The position numbers and the translations under genes were made by a program. DNA of 64,000 nt from Acidimicrobiia bacterium (lineage in GTDB: Bacteria; Actinomycetota; Acidimicrobiia; Spongiisociales; ZC4RG35). Every line of letters begins with the position of its first letter. Within the stretch, counting starts at the first letter, position 1. Shown here piece by piece: positions 8,586 through 19,014 of this stretch. Under the pieces are notes generated by a model. It was not told the origin of the DNA. It searched no databases and was given only the letters and a program-made list of their open reading frames with translations. Location: contig DATGPZ010000082.1 of assembly GCA_035304485.1 (NCBI GenBank), positions 570 through 64,569 on the forward strand, in the 5' to 3' direction.

Positions 8586-8956
8586 GGTGACTCCTCCTGA
8601 GTGGGGTCGTCTTCGTTTCCAGAGGTCTCGATGAGCGTGCGGTACAGATCCAGAAGCACCTGTTTGTGGCGGGGGCTGAGGAGACGATCCGCTTCGATCG
8701 CCTCCACCACGGTGGGAGGGCTCCCGCCTTCCTCGATCAGGCCGGCCCGTGAATACATGGTCTCGGCCGAGATCGAGAGCGCTCGCGACAACTGCTTCAA
8801 AATATGTGCCGACGGGCGGCGAATCCCGCGTTCGATCTGACTCAGGTAGGGATTGGAGATCCCTGCCCGATCTGCCAACCGACGCAGCGACAGGTTCGCC
8901 CGCTGACGCTGCTGGCGGATGAAGTCGCCGAGATCAGTCGCCTGCTCGTCGTTCAC
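8582..8956 (-). CDS. XRE-family helix-turn-helix transcriptional regulator
   Basis: 124 aa. HTH LSLRRLADRAGISNPYLSQIERGIRRPS. Overlaps the hbhA-like start (ATGA). Confidence 0.75.
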   Translation of the reverse strand: MNDEQATDLGDFIRQQRQRANLSLRRLADRAGISNPYLSQIERGIRRPSAHILKQLSRALSISAETMYSRAGLIEEGGSPPTVVEAIEADRLLSPRHKQVLLDLYRTLIETSGNEDDPTQEESP

Positions 8957-9091
8957 ACCTTCAGGATACCGGAAGCTGCTAACTAATGCAAGCAGGATGT
9001 CTGCTCACAGCAACCTGAGGGAGGACGTCACCGACCTCGGTTGTGATCTGACGGGCGCGCAGGGCAAACTGCAGGTGACGAAAGGCCACAG

Positions 9092-10105
9092 ATGATCATC
9101 GTCATGAACAATTCTGCCACCGACGCCGAGGTCAAGGCGGTCGTGGAGCGACTCCAGTCGATCGGGTGCGAGGCCCATGTCTCGGTCGGTCAATATCGCA
9201 CGGTGATAGGCGCCCTGGGCGACCGCGAAGCCATCCGCCAGCTGCCCTGGGAGGCGATGGCCGGTGTGGAGAAGGCGGTTCCCGTCATGAAGCCGTTCAA
9301 GTTCGTCTCTCGGGAATTCCAGGCGGAGGACACCGTCATCGAGGTCCGCAATGCCGTGCTCGGCGGGGGCGGTTTCACCGCTATCGCCGGACCCTGTGCC
9401 GTGGAGAGCCGAGACCAACTGTTCCGCACGGCCGAGGCGGTGAAGAAGGCCGGCGCCACCATTCTGCGGGGCGACGCCTTCAAGCCACGTACCTCGCCGT
9501 ACTCGTTCCAAGGAATGGGCGAGGAAGGGCTCGAGCTGTTGGCGGCCGCCCGGGAGGAGTTCGACATGCCTTTCGTCGCCGAGGTCCTCGACCCCAGGGA
9601 CGTCGGCCTGGTCTCGTCCTACGCCGACATCCTGCGGATAGGCACCCGCAACATGGCCAACTTCACCCTTCTCACCGAGGTCGGGCGCCAGGACAAGCCG
9701 GTCCTTCTGAAGCGGGGCTTCACTGCCACCATCGAGGAGTGGTTGAACGCCGCCGAATACGTGTACAAGGAGGGCAACCAGCAGATCATCATGTCCGAGA
9801 GGGGTATTCGCACCTTCGAGACGGCTGCCCGCAACACGCTGGACATCACGGCCGTCCCCCTCTTGAAGGGCATGTCGCATCTGCCGGTCATCGTCGATCC
9901 TTCCCACTCCGGAGGCAAGCGTGAGCTGGTCTCCCCGCTCGCCCGGGCCGCGGTGGCGGTCGGCGCCGACGGGATCATGGTGGATGTGCACCCGACACCC
10001 GATACCGCTCTCGTCGATGGCGCCCAGGCGCTCCTCCCCTCCGAGTTCGTCGAGCTGATGCAGGTCGTCCGATCGATCTCGGAGATCGTCTCGGGAACGA
10101 ATTGA
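9092..10105 (+). CDS. 3-deoxy-7-phosphoheptulonate (DAHP) synthase, type I-beta, with N-terminal ferredoxin-like/ACT-type regulatory domain
   Basis: 337 aa. KDO8PS/DAHPS-family catalytic core (AGPCAVES, KPRTSPYSFQG, DPSH) preceded by an approximately 70-aa regulatory domain. Confidence 0.8.
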   Translation: MIIVMNNSATDAEVKAVVERLQSIGCEAHVSVGQYRTVIGALGDREAIRQLPWEAMAGVEKAVPVMKPFKFVSREFQAEDTVIEVRNAVLGGGGFTAIAGPCAVESRDQLFRTAEAVKKAGATILRGDAFKPRTSPYSFQGMGEEGLELLAAAREEFDMPFVAEVLDPRDVGLVSSYADILRIGTRNMANFTLLTEVGRQDKPVLLKRGFTATIEEWLNAAEYVYKEGNQQIIMSERGIRTFETAARNTLDITAVPLLKGMSHLPVIVDPSHSGGKRELVSPLARAAVAVGADGIMVDVHPTPDTALVDGAQALLPSEFVELMQVVRSISEIVSGTN

Positions 10106-11121
10106 GGGCGACCATCCTCGGCACCGGCCTGATCGGTGCCTCCGTCGGAGCCGGTCTGCGTGAAGCGGGCTGGAAAGTGACCGGTTGGGATCCCGAGCCC
10201 TCGCACCTACGGGAAGCGAGCGAGATGGGAGCGGTGGACGAGATCCTGACCGACTTTCCCGAACGGATCAGCGGCGAGGATCTGGTGGTGTTGGCCGGTC
10301 CGGTCAGGGCCATCCTCGCCTCGCTGGGAGAAATCGAGACCGATGCGCTCGTCACCGACGTCGCCTCGGTCAAGACGTCGGTCGTCTCGGCTTCCCGCCG
10401 GCCCGCCCGCTTCGTGGGTGGTCACCCGATGGCCGGCAGGGAGAGCTCAGGCCCGGGTGCGGCCAGTGCTGCCATGTTCAGGGGGGCGACATGGATCCTG
10501 ACCACGGACGGCGCCTCACCCGATGATCTCGCTACGTTGGAAGAAGTCGTGACGGCTCTGGGGGCGGTCCCGGTCCGCATGACCGCCCAAGCCCACGACG
10601 CGGCCGTGGCGGCCGTCAGCCACGTTCCTCAGGTGGTCGCCTCGGCGCTCGTCAATCTCGTCGCTCGGGAGGACACGGCTCTCTCCCTGGCGGCGGGCGG
10701 CTTTCGGGATCTGACTCGAATCGCACTCTCGGAACCGGCGTGGTGGAGCGACGTCCTGGCCGCCAACCGGGACTCCGTGGCCGGCCTGGTGCGGCGGCTC
10801 ACCGATGAGCTGACCGAATGGGCCGAGAAGATCGAGCGAGGTGATACCGAAGCCATCGCCTCGGGTCTGGAAGCTGCCCGAAGCACCCGGCGGAGCCTGG
10901 CACCGCCCGTGGCCGCCGTCCAGGTCGTACTCGAAGACCGACCGGGCGAGCTGGCGGGAGTCGGCATGGCGCTGGCGGAATCGGGCGTCGACATCCGCGA
11001 TCTCCAACTGCGACACGCCACCCGCGGGGGCGGCGGGGTGTTGACGCTGTCGGTGCGACCCGGTCAGGAGGAAGCACTCACTGAGGCCCTGGCCGAGCGC
11101 GGTTTCCGGCTCGTCGGGTGA
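10102..11121 (+). CDS. tyrA: Prephenate dehydrogenase with C-terminal ACT domain
   Basis: 339 aa. N-terminal Rossmann ILGTGLIGASVG, TyrA core, and a C-terminal ACT-like domain. ATGA-coupled to the DAHP synthase. Confidence 0.75.
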   Translation: MRATILGTGLIGASVGAGLREAGWKVTGWDPEPSHLREASEMGAVDEILTDFPERISGEDLVVLAGPVRAILASLGEIETDALVTDVASVKTSVVSASRRPARFVGGHPMAGRESSGPGAASAAMFRGATWILTTDGASPDDLATLEEVVTALGAVPVRMTAQAHDAAVAAVSHVPQVVASALVNLVAREDTALSLAAGGFRDLTRIALSEPAWWSDVLAANRDSVAGLVRRLTDELTEWAEKIERGDTEAIASGLEAARSTRRSLAPPVAAVQVVLEDRPGELAGVGMALAESGVDIRDLQLRHATRGGGGVLTLSVRPGQEEALTEALAERGFRLVG

Positions 11122-12312
11122 TCAGACCGCGGTATCGAGCAGCCGGTGCAGTGTGGCGGTCGCGGCTTTCAAGCCGACCTCGAGGGCACGTTCGTTGAAC
11201 ACGAAGCCGGCGGAGTGGAGGTCGCAGAACCCCGTGTCGGGAGCGGATCCGAGCCGCAGGAGAGCCCCCGGCACCACCTCCAGGTAGCGGGAGAAGTCCT
11301 CGGCGCCCATGCTGACGTCGGTGGTGGTGACCGCTTCGGGACCCAGGTTGTCCACTATCGCCTTGCGGGCCACGTCGATCAGACCCGGGTCGTTCACCAC
11401 GGGGGGTATACCCGGCTGGTGGGTCACGGTGACTTTGGCGCCGGTGGGGGCGACGATCTGCTCGGCCAGGTTCTCCAAGAGGAACGGAATCTCCTCCCAC
11501 AGGCCGCGGTCAAGGGTACGAATCGTTCCTCCCAGTTCGAGCCGGGTGGGTATCACGTTGTCGGCCGTCCCGCCTTCGATGCGCCCGAATACCACCACCA
11601 GCGGCCGGCGAGCATCGACCACGCGATCCAGCAAGGTCGGTAGCTCGGTCACCACCTTCCCCGCCGCATAGACGAGGTCGGCCGTCTGATGGGGCCGGGC
11701 CGTGTGGCCCCCCGGCCCTTCCAGGCGAATGTGGAATCGGTCGGCGGATCCGGTGATGGCGCCCGTCCGGAGGCCGACGGTCCCGGACCGCAGGCCAGGG
11801 TCGACATGGAAGGCGAGAATCGATTCCAGTTCTTCGACCACTCCCTCTTGGACCAGCGTCAGCGCCCCTCCAGGGAACGACTCTTCACCGGGCTGGAAGA
11901 TGACCCTCACCCGACCCGGCAGATCGAGCTGGGCGAGGATCAATGCCACACCGGCAGCGATGGCGGTGTGGGCGTCGTGACCGCAGGCGTGCATGACTCC
12001 CGGGATCTGAGAGGCATGCGGGTTGTCGGGCGGCTCGGCGATCGGCAGCGCGTCGAGATCTGCCCGAAAGCCCACGGCTCGGCGTCCCGTCCCGATATCG
12101 ACCGTGAGACCGGTCCCCGACGGACGAACCGTCGGTTCCAGGCCCCGATCGGAGAGCAGGGTGGCCACCCGCTGGGTGGTGGCGAACTCATTGAACGACA
12201 GCTCGGGGTTCCGGTGGATGGCGCGCCTCAACTCCACGACGGTGGGGAGCACCGTGGCGACCAGCCCCCGCAGCGTCTCTGCGGTGACCATGCCTCGACC
12301 AGGATAGTTCAC
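11122..12312 (-). CDS. M20-family amidohydrolase (N-acyl-amino-acid amidohydrolase / hippurate hydrolase-like)
   Basis: 396 aa. Metal-binding motifs HACGHD and GGTADNVIP typical of M20D peptidases. Confidence 0.75.
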   Translation of the reverse strand: MNYPGRGMVTAETLRGLVATVLPTVVELRRAIHRNPELSFNEFATTQRVATLLSDRGLEPTVRPSGTGLTVDIGTGRRAVGFRADLDALPIAEPPDNPHASQIPGVMHACGHDAHTAIAAGVALILAQLDLPGRVRVIFQPGEESFPGGALTLVQEGVVEELESILAFHVDPGLRSGTVGLRTGAITGSADRFHIRLEGPGGHTARPHQTADLVYAAGKVVTELPTLLDRVVDARRPLVVVFGRIEGGTADNVIPTRLELGGTIRTLDRGLWEEIPFLLENLAEQIVAPTGAKVTVTHQPGIPPVVNDPGLIDVARKAIVDNLGPEAVTTTDVSMGAEDFSRYLEVVPGALLRLGSAPDTGFCDLHSAGFVFNERALEVGLKAATATLHRLLDTAV

Positions 12313-12334
12313 CGGCGGATCCGGGCCGGTCGAG

Positions 12335-15073
12335 TCATGGGTAGAAGAGGTCCTCGAACACCCTCCTCGCCCGTCGTGTCACCCGTCGGTATTCCTCTCG
12401 CAGGTCGCCGCGTCGCTCGTAGCCGAGCGAAAGGGCCAGGCGCCATTCATCGGCGGGATCCCGGGGCAGGGCGTCGATGCGTCTGCCGGCTTGGAGGTAG
12501 AGACGATTGCGCACGTGGGTGCAGAACACGTACGCCTCTCGCAGGGTGGCGGCGTCCTCGGAGGTGACGATCTCGAGCCGCTCCAGGGAGTCGAGGCCTT
12601 CGAGCGTAGAAGTCCGGCGCACTTCCGGGAAGCGGCCTCCGTGTTCGAGCTGCAGGAGTTGGACGAGGAACTCCACGTCGACCAACCCTCCGGGTCCGAG
12701 TTTCAGATGGAAGTCCGGGTCTTCACCGATCGGGATCCGTTGCTTTTCGATGCGGGCCTTCATCTGGCGGATCTCGGTCGCGGTGGCGGAGGTGAACTCG
12801 CGTTCCCACAGGACTCGGGAAACTAGATCCATGAACCGCTGACCGAGGGCCGGATCACCGCCCCCGGGACGGGCCTTGATCAGCGCCTGGAACTCCCAGG
12901 TCTCGGCCCACCTCTCGTAATAGGCGGCAAACGACTCCAAGGACCTCACCAATGGCCCCGACCGGCCCTCGGGTCGCAGATCGGCGTCGAGCTCCCAGGC
13001 GACGCCGTCGGCGGCCGGATCGGTCAGCAGCCGTCGGAGCTGAGTTGCACGAGCGGTCGCCGCCGAGCTCTCGAGTCGCCCGTCGTGGACGTACATGAGG
13101 TCGAGGTCGGAGGCGTACGACATCTCCATCCCACCCCAGCCGCCCATGGCGATGACGGCGAAGCCGTCCCTGCCGATGAGGTCCACCGCGGCGGCGACGG
13201 CCGCATCCGCGGCCGCCGTCAGATCGGCCATCGTCCTCTCGACATCGGCCATACCCAGCAGATCGCGGGCTGCCACCCGGATGAACTGGCGCCGGGCGAA
13301 GCGTCGCAAGGTGCCGAGGTGCTCGGATTCGGGCCGGGCGGCCAGACGTTGCCGCAACCGGCGTTCCAGTTCGTCCTTAGGACGGAGGTCGGTCAGCTTC
13401 CTGTCGTCGTCGAGGTCCGGCACGAACTCCGGGATGCGGTCGAGATAGCGCCCTAGGAGCCGACTCGAGCCCAGCAGCAGCGCGAGACGCTGCCCCACCA
13501 CCGGGCGGTCGTGGAGGGTGGTGATCAGTTCGGCGTGGTCGGGCATGTTGGCGGCGAGAAGGCGCAACTGGTCCAACCCCAGGTCAGGGTCCGGGGCGTC
13601 GGCCAGCCAGTCGAGGATCAGGGGGAGCATCTGCTGCATGAGCCGGCTCCGACGCGAAAGTCCCGAAGTCAGCGATTCGAAGGTGCGGACCGCCCGGGCG
13701 ACGTCTCGGAACCCGAGGGCCTGTAGTCGCAACTCGGCGCCTTCCCGGCTGAGCCCGGTCGTGGGCGTGGCGGCGAAAGCCTCCAGCAGCGGTCGGAAGT
13801 AGAGCGCCTCGTGGATCCTCCGCACCCGAGAGCGATGGGTCACCAAATCCTGTTCGAAGGACTCCCGGGCGGTGCTGCCCGCCGTGTCCCGATAGCCCAT
13901 CGCCCGAGCCAGGCGGTCTCTTTCCTCGGCGTCGGTGGGAAGTATCTGCGTGGGCCGCAGCTCCCACAGCTGTAGGCGATGCTCCAGTGCCCGGAGCCAG
14001 CGGTAGGACTCCGCGAGCACGACGGCGTCGTCGGGGTCGACGTAACCACCGTCCGCCAACGCCTCCAGCAACCCCAGCGTGCCCGTCTGTCGCAGATCCT
14101 CATCGAACCGTCCGTGGACCAGTTGGAGCATCTGCACGGCGAATTCGATGTCGCGAATTCCGCCGGGAGATCGCTTGATGTCGCCGGGATCGGCTCCGGC
14201 TTCCACCCGAGCCTTGAGGATGCGGATGCTGCGTACCGTGTCGGGATTCAGGGTTTCGGGCCACAGAACCTCTTCCACCAGCTCCTGGAAGTGCTCGCCG
14301 ACCCCGCGATCGCCTGCCGCCCACCTGGCCTTCAGCAGGGCCTGGAACTCCCAGGGTTCCGCCCAACGCTCGTAGTAGGAGCGGTAGGCCTCGATCGATC
14401 GGGCGAGTGGACCGCGGCTCCCCTCGGGTCGCAGATCGGGATCGGCTCGCAACACGGCACCGTCGGGGCCGTTGGAGAGTTTACGGAGCAGCGAGGCGGC
14501 GGTGCGGGTGGCCAGCGCTGCCTCGGCCGACCCGCCCTCGAACGCGAACAAGAGGTCGATGTCGGACCAGTAGTTGAGCTCGGTTCCGCCCCACTTGCCC
14601 ATGGCGATCACGGCCAGAGGCGGCCCGCCGACCGGAGACTCCTCGGCCAGGGCCCGTTCGACCACCCGATCGGCCATCTCGGAGAGCAGACGCGTTCCTT
14701 CTGTCACATCGATGACACCGGCACCGTCGTCGCCTGCTACCTGGATCAACGTCGACCGTGCGAGCGACAGCAGGTCCTCATCGGCTCCGAACAGCCACTG
14801 CGGGTGGCGAACGAGCTGCCGCATGAGCTCCTTGCTCAGACCGGCCAGGTGCGCCACACGGCGAGTGGCGACCTCGTCGGCGAGCAGGTCGATGTCGTCG
14901 GGCAGAGCCTCCACGTAGTCGAGAAGACGGTGGATGGCACCGTCCGGGTCGGGGCCGCTCCACACGATCGCCAGCGGCTCGGCTGCGCGCGGATCCGACT
15001 CCCAACCGGTCGAAGCCAGGCGGAGCCGCACATCGCTTCCGAAGGGGGGCAGCCGGTTCATCGAGTCAAACAT
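12335..15073 (-). CDS. glnE: Bifunctional glutamine synthetase adenylyltransferase/adenylyl-removing enzyme
   Basis: 912 aa. Two tandem nucleotidyltransferase (GlnE) domains, each with the GGxGRxEL-type motif (MGGWGGMEMSYASDLD and MGKWGGTELNYWSDID). Confidence 0.85.
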   Translation of the reverse strand: MFDSMNRLPPFGSDVRLRLASTGWESDPRAAEPLAIVWSGPDPDGAIHRLLDYVEALPDDIDLLADEVATRRVAHLAGLSKELMRQLVRHPQWLFGADEDLLSLARSTLIQVAGDDGAGVIDVTEGTRLLSEMADRVVERALAEESPVGGPPLAVIAMGKWGGTELNYWSDIDLLFAFEGGSAEAALATRTAASLLRKLSNGPDGAVLRADPDLRPEGSRGPLARSIEAYRSYYERWAEPWEFQALLKARWAAGDRGVGEHFQELVEEVLWPETLNPDTVRSIRILKARVEAGADPGDIKRSPGGIRDIEFAVQMLQLVHGRFDEDLRQTGTLGLLEALADGGYVDPDDAVVLAESYRWLRALEHRLQLWELRPTQILPTDAEERDRLARAMGYRDTAGSTARESFEQDLVTHRSRVRRIHEALYFRPLLEAFAATPTTGLSREGAELRLQALGFRDVARAVRTFESLTSGLSRRSRLMQQMLPLILDWLADAPDPDLGLDQLRLLAANMPDHAELITTLHDRPVVGQRLALLLGSSRLLGRYLDRIPEFVPDLDDDRKLTDLRPKDELERRLRQRLAARPESEHLGTLRRFARRQFIRVAARDLLGMADVERTMADLTAAADAAVAAAVDLIGRDGFAVIAMGGWGGMEMSYASDLDLMYVHDGRLESSAATARATQLRRLLTDPAADGVAWELDADLRPEGRSGPLVRSLESFAAYYERWAETWEFQALIKARPGGGDPALGQRFMDLVSRVLWEREFTSATATEIRQMKARIEKQRIPIGEDPDFHLKLGPGGLVDVEFLVQLLQLEHGGRFPEVRRTSTLEGLDSLERLEIVTSEDAATLREAYVFCTHVRNRLYLQAGRRIDALPRDPADEWRLALSLGYERRGDLREEYRRVTRRARRVFEDLFYP

Positions 15074-15161
15074 AGAGTGCCGCGGGTCTGGTGGCGGAAG
15101 ATCCCCTGCCGGAAGAGGTCTGGGCGATGGAGCAGGTCGGCGGCGCCTCTAACCTTCCCTC

Positions 15162-16817
15162 ATGGCACTGCGGGTGGCCGGCGCTCAGCTCAACCCCATC
15201 GTGGGGGACATCTCCGGGAACGAGGACAAGGTCACCGAGGCCATGGCGTGGGCCGAGGAAGAAGGCGCCGACGTTCTTCTCCTACCGGAGCTGGCGATAA
15301 CCGGGTATCCGCCTGAAGACCTGGTCCTGAGGAGAGAATTCGTCGACGCATCGGTGGCGGCGATCGAGCGGCTGGCCGCCCGTTCCGGGCGTGTCACCAC
15401 CGTGGTCGGATACGTCGATCGAGCCCAGCCTGCCCATCGAGGCGCAGCCGACGCGGCTCCTCGCTCGTTGGCGAACGCCGCCGCGGTGATGACGGGAGGA
15501 CGGCTCCTCGGGAGCTACCACAAGGTGTTGCTCCCCAATTACGGAGTCTTCGACGAGGACCGCTACTTCGTCCCCGGAGCGGATCCCGGCCGGGTCTGGG
15601 AGATCGGGGGAGTGACCGCCGGCGTGTCGGTGTGCGAAGACATCTGGTTGGTCGATGGCCCGCCACATCGACAGGCGCAGGCAGGCGCCCAGGTCCTCCT
15701 CAACATCAACGCCTCGCCCTTCCACCGCGGAAAGGCAGCGGAACGCGAACAGATGCTGTCAGAAAGAGCCAAGCGGGCAGGTGCCCCGGTCGTCTATCTC
15801 AACATGGTCGGCGGCCAGGACGAATTGGTGTTCGACGGAGCGAGCGTGGTGATGGCCGCCGATGGGACCCTTCTGCATCGATCCCCGCAGTTCGAGGAGG
15901 ATCGCTTCCTGGTCGAGGTGCCGCTCGACGGTGAAGGTCAGCGGATCGGGAAGCTGGCACCCCTCCTCGAACCCAGTGAGGAGATCTATGCCGCCGTCAG
16001 CACCGGACTGAGGGACTACATCGCCAAGAACGGCTTCGAGTCGGTGATCCTCGGCCTCTCGGGCGGAATCGACTCGGCCATGGTGGCGGTCATCGCTGCG
16101 GATGCTCTCGGCCCCGAGCGGGTGTGGGGGGTATCGATGCCGTCCCGGTTCAGCTCACCTGGGTCGATCGAGGACGCGCGGAAGCTGGCGGAGAATCTGG
16201 GGATCCGGTTCGACGTGGTGGGGATGGACGAGATCTTCGGGACCCACCTGTCCGCCCTGGAACCCCTGTTCGGTGATCGGCCGTTCGGGGTGGCCGAAGA
16301 GAATCTCCAGGCGCGGATTCGGGGAGCCATCCTCATGGCGTTGTCCAACGAGTTCGGCCCAATGGTGCTGGCCACCGGCAACAAGTCCGAGATGGCGGTC
16401 GGATACTCGACCATCTACGGCGACATGGTGGGCGGCTTCGCTCCGATCAAGGACGTGTTCAAGACGACGCTCTACGAACTCGCCGAGTGGCGGAACCGCC
16501 ACGAGGAGGTGGTGCCGCGGGCGACGATCGAGAAGCCGCCGTCGGCAGAGCTCCGGCCCGATCAGACCGATCAAGATTCCCTTCCTCCGTACGCATTGCT
16601 GGACGAGGTCCTCGACCGCTATATCGAGAGGGACATGGGCGCCGACGAGATCATCGCCGACGGATTCGATGCCGGCGTGGTCCACGAGGTGCTGCGCATG
16701 GTGGACCGAGCTGAGTACAAGCGCCGGCAGGCGGCGCCGGGAGTGAAGATCACGGTGAAAGCGTTCGGAAAGGACCGTCGCTTGCCGATAACCAACCGAT
16801 TCCGGAGTCAGTCATGA
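15162..16817 (+). CDS. nadE: Glutamine-dependent NAD+ synthetase (CN-hydrolase + NAD synthetase domains)
   Basis: 551 aa. N-terminal nitrilase-family domain and C-terminal ATP-PPase SGGIDS motif. Confidence 0.85.
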   Translation: MALRVAGAQLNPIVGDISGNEDKVTEAMAWAEEEGADVLLLPELAITGYPPEDLVLRREFVDASVAAIERLAARSGRVTTVVGYVDRAQPAHRGAADAAPRSLANAAAVMTGGRLLGSYHKVLLPNYGVFDEDRYFVPGADPGRVWEIGGVTAGVSVCEDIWLVDGPPHRQAQAGAQVLLNINASPFHRGKAAEREQMLSERAKRAGAPVVYLNMVGGQDELVFDGASVVMAADGTLLHRSPQFEEDRFLVEVPLDGEGQRIGKLAPLLEPSEEIYAAVSTGLRDYIAKNGFESVILGLSGGIDSAMVAVIAADALGPERVWGVSMPSRFSSPGSIEDARKLAENLGIRFDVVGMDEIFGTHLSALEPLFGDRPFGVAEENLQARIRGAILMALSNEFGPMVLATGNKSEMAVGYSTIYGDMVGGFAPIKDVFKTTLYELAEWRNRHEEVVPRATIEKPPSAELRPDQTDQDSLPPYALLDEVLDRYIERDMGADEIIADGFDAGVVHEVLRMVDRAEYKRRQAAPGVKITVKAFGKDRRLPITNRFRSQS

Positions 16818-17605
16818 AACCCATCGTTCTGGTCGACGGGCATCGGGACGCTCAGGTCCCCGCCACCGATTCCTCGGTTCTGCGAGGTGACGGCTGTTTC
16901 GAGGCCATACGCTCCTACGGTGGACGCCTCTTCCGCCTGGATCCCCACCTCGACCGCCTCGAGAGGAGTGCGGCCGCACTGGATCTGCCGATGCCGGATC
17001 GCGGTCGGATCGCCGCATGGGCAGAGGAAGTGGCAGCCGAGAGTGGCGATTCGGTGGTGCGGGTGGTCATCACCCGGGGCGGTGCGATCCCCGGGGCACC
17101 GGGCGATGGCCGATGCGTCGTGATAGCCCACGATGCGTCACCGGTGGGCCCGGTCACACTGTGGCCCGTGCGGGCTCCCTGGCACCCGGCCGGACGGGAA
17201 TGGGAACTCGCAGGTGCCAAGACCATCTCCTATGCCGCGAATCTGGCCGCCGGCCGTCGGGCTCAGAAGCACGGCGCCGACGATGCCCTGCTGCTGTCAG
17301 ACGACGGGACCGTGCTCGAGGGTCCTACGTTCGCCGTGGCATGGTGCCGCGACGGAGAGGTGATGACCCCGCCGCTTTCGCTCGGCATCCTCGACTCGAT
17401 CACCCGCCGGGCGGTGCTCGAGGTGTGGCCCGACGTGATCGAGAAGACCGACGTCCTCGAGGCCGTGCTGGAGGCAGATGAGGTGTTCGTGATGTCGACG
17501 GTCAAGGAGGTGTCTCCTGTCGTCGCCATCGGCGACAAGCGGTTCGAGCCCGGGCCGGTCACCCGGGAGGTCCATCAGCGATTCAGAGCGCTGGTAGGGC
17601 AGTGA
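16814..17605 (+). CDS. Class IV aminotransferase (branched-chain amino acid aminotransferase / aminodeoxychorismate lyase family)
   Basis: 263 aa. PLP fold-type IV family similarity. ATGA-coupled to nadE. Confidence 0.65.
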   Translation: MKPIVLVDGHRDAQVPATDSSVLRGDGCFEAIRSYGGRLFRLDPHLDRLERSAAALDLPMPDRGRIAAWAEEVAAESGDSVVRVVITRGGAIPGAPGDGRCVVIAHDASPVGPVTLWPVRAPWHPAGREWELAGAKTISYAANLAAGRRAQKHGADDALLLSDDGTVLEGPTFAVAWCRDGEVMTPPLSLGILDSITRRAVLEVWPDVIEKTDVLEAVLEADEVFVMSTVKEVSPVVAIGDKRFEPGPVTREVHQRFRALVGQ

Positions 17606-18918
17606 GGCCGGGGGATCCACCCCAGCCAGGCGACGAGTGTCTCGGCGGCCTCGGCCCGGGTCAGTTGGGCTGAATCGTTCGGTAGGTCCAGGCACAGAGC
17701 GGCGCCGTCGAGACGCGAGAAGACCTCGACAGCGGATTCAGCGGAGGCGTCGTCACCGGATCGGAGCGACGCCAGCATCCGAACCAGGTCCAGCTCGGTG
17801 AGCTCGTCACACGCCGGCTCGCAGTTCGGGTCGCCGCCCACCACCGCCTGGAGCCAGGTAGCAACGACCTGTCCGGTGGCGGGATCATCTGGGCAGGCGC
17901 CGATTCCCTCTCCGCACCAAACCGGAGCGCCCCGGGTGAGCAGCAGGTCGAGGGGGCGGACGGCATCGCTGGTCTCGACGTCGATGAAGGCACCCTCGAA
18001 GGTGGGATGGACCTGCTCGGCTGCTTCGAGGCTGGCACGCGGGTCCACCGACGTACCGGAAGGGTCGCGTAGTTCGAAATGCAGGTGATGTTCCGTGGTC
18101 TCGGCGTTGCCCGAGTCACCGTTCCATCCGATCACCTCGCCGGCTTTCACACGGTCGCCTTCCCTGAGATCGGGACGGATCCCGATACCGCTGCCGTCGT
18201 CGGTCCCGGCCGTGTCGTTGTTGAGATGGATGTAGAGCGTGGACCATCCGTCGTCGTGGCCGATGTGGACTCGATACCCGGAGATCCCGGTGTCTCCAGC
18301 GATCCGGGTGACGGTTCCGTCGGCCGCCGCCACCACGGGCTGCAGATGGGGAGCCGCGATGTCGTTTCCGAGGTGCAGGCGTCGCCCACCGTCCCGGGCG
18401 GCGCCGAAGGGTGATCCGATGTAGCCCTGTCCGGCGAGTGGAAACACGAGCGGATAGACGAAGGGTGTGTCGCACGGAGGCTCCGCCGGGGCCGTAGTGG
18501 TCGTGGTGGCCTCTTCGGTGGTGGGAGGGGCGGTCGTGGTGGGAACGCTGGTGGACGGAGTCGCTGCCTCGGTGGTGGAGGTGGTGCCCGTGGAGTCGGG
18601 CGTGGTCTGAGGTTCGGTCGATTCGGTGGGCGCTGTGGTCGTCGAGGTGGGAGCAGGGGTGGTGGTCGAGGGTGGGTCGGAGGCGACCGTGGTAGAAGAC
18701 GAAGACGTCGTGGGGGTCGTCGTCGATGTGGTGCTCGACGTGGTGGTCGACGTCGTGGTCGATGTGCTCGACGTGGTGGTGTCGGCGAAGAGGTCGTCGA
18801 TGGTGACCGGGGGACACATGGTCGACTCGGAGCCCCCGGCAGGTGCGATCGCCCACCCGCCGAGAAGCAGGAGGGTCACCACCGATACGACTGCGAGACC
18901 GTTTACCCTTTCCCCCAT
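17575..18918 (-). CDS. Secreted M23-family metallopeptidase with Ser/Thr-rich linker
   Basis: 447 aa. N-terminal signal/TM, a long T/S/P low-complexity linker, and M23 motifs HLGNDIAAP and HLHFEL. Confidence 0.75.
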   Translation of the reverse strand: MGERVNGLAVVSVVTLLLLGGWAIAPAGGSESTMCPPVTIDDLFADTTTSSTSTTTSTTTSSTTSTTTPTTSSSSTTVASDPPSTTTPAPTSTTTAPTESTEPQTTPDSTGTTSTTEAATPSTSVPTTTAPPTTEEATTTTTAPAEPPCDTPFVYPLVFPLAGQGYIGSPFGAARDGGRRLHLGNDIAAPHLQPVVAAADGTVTRIAGDTGISGYRVHIGHDDGWSTLYIHLNNDTAGTDDGSGIGIRPDLREGDRVKAGEVIGWNGDSGNAETTEHHLHFELRDPSGTSVDPRASLEAAEQVHPTFEGAFIDVETSDAVRPLDLLLTRGAPVWCGEGIGACPDDPATGQVVATWLQAVVGGDPNCEPACDELTELDLVRMLASLRSGDDASAESAVEVFSRLDGAALCLDLPNDSAQLTRAEAAETLVAWLGWIPRPHCPTSALNR

Positions 18919-19014
18919 GCCGGTGCCAGGCTACCCGACCACGGCCGAAACTGTCATCGCGGGAACCAAAGCGACGATGACCGGCGTTGAGGGGACAAGA
19001 GGAGACAAGATCGC

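Noticed and set aside
13979-15316. 445-aa plus-strand ORF inside glnE
   Set aside because: It is antisense to GlnE, whose two nucleotidyltransferase domains are clearly encoded on the minus strand.
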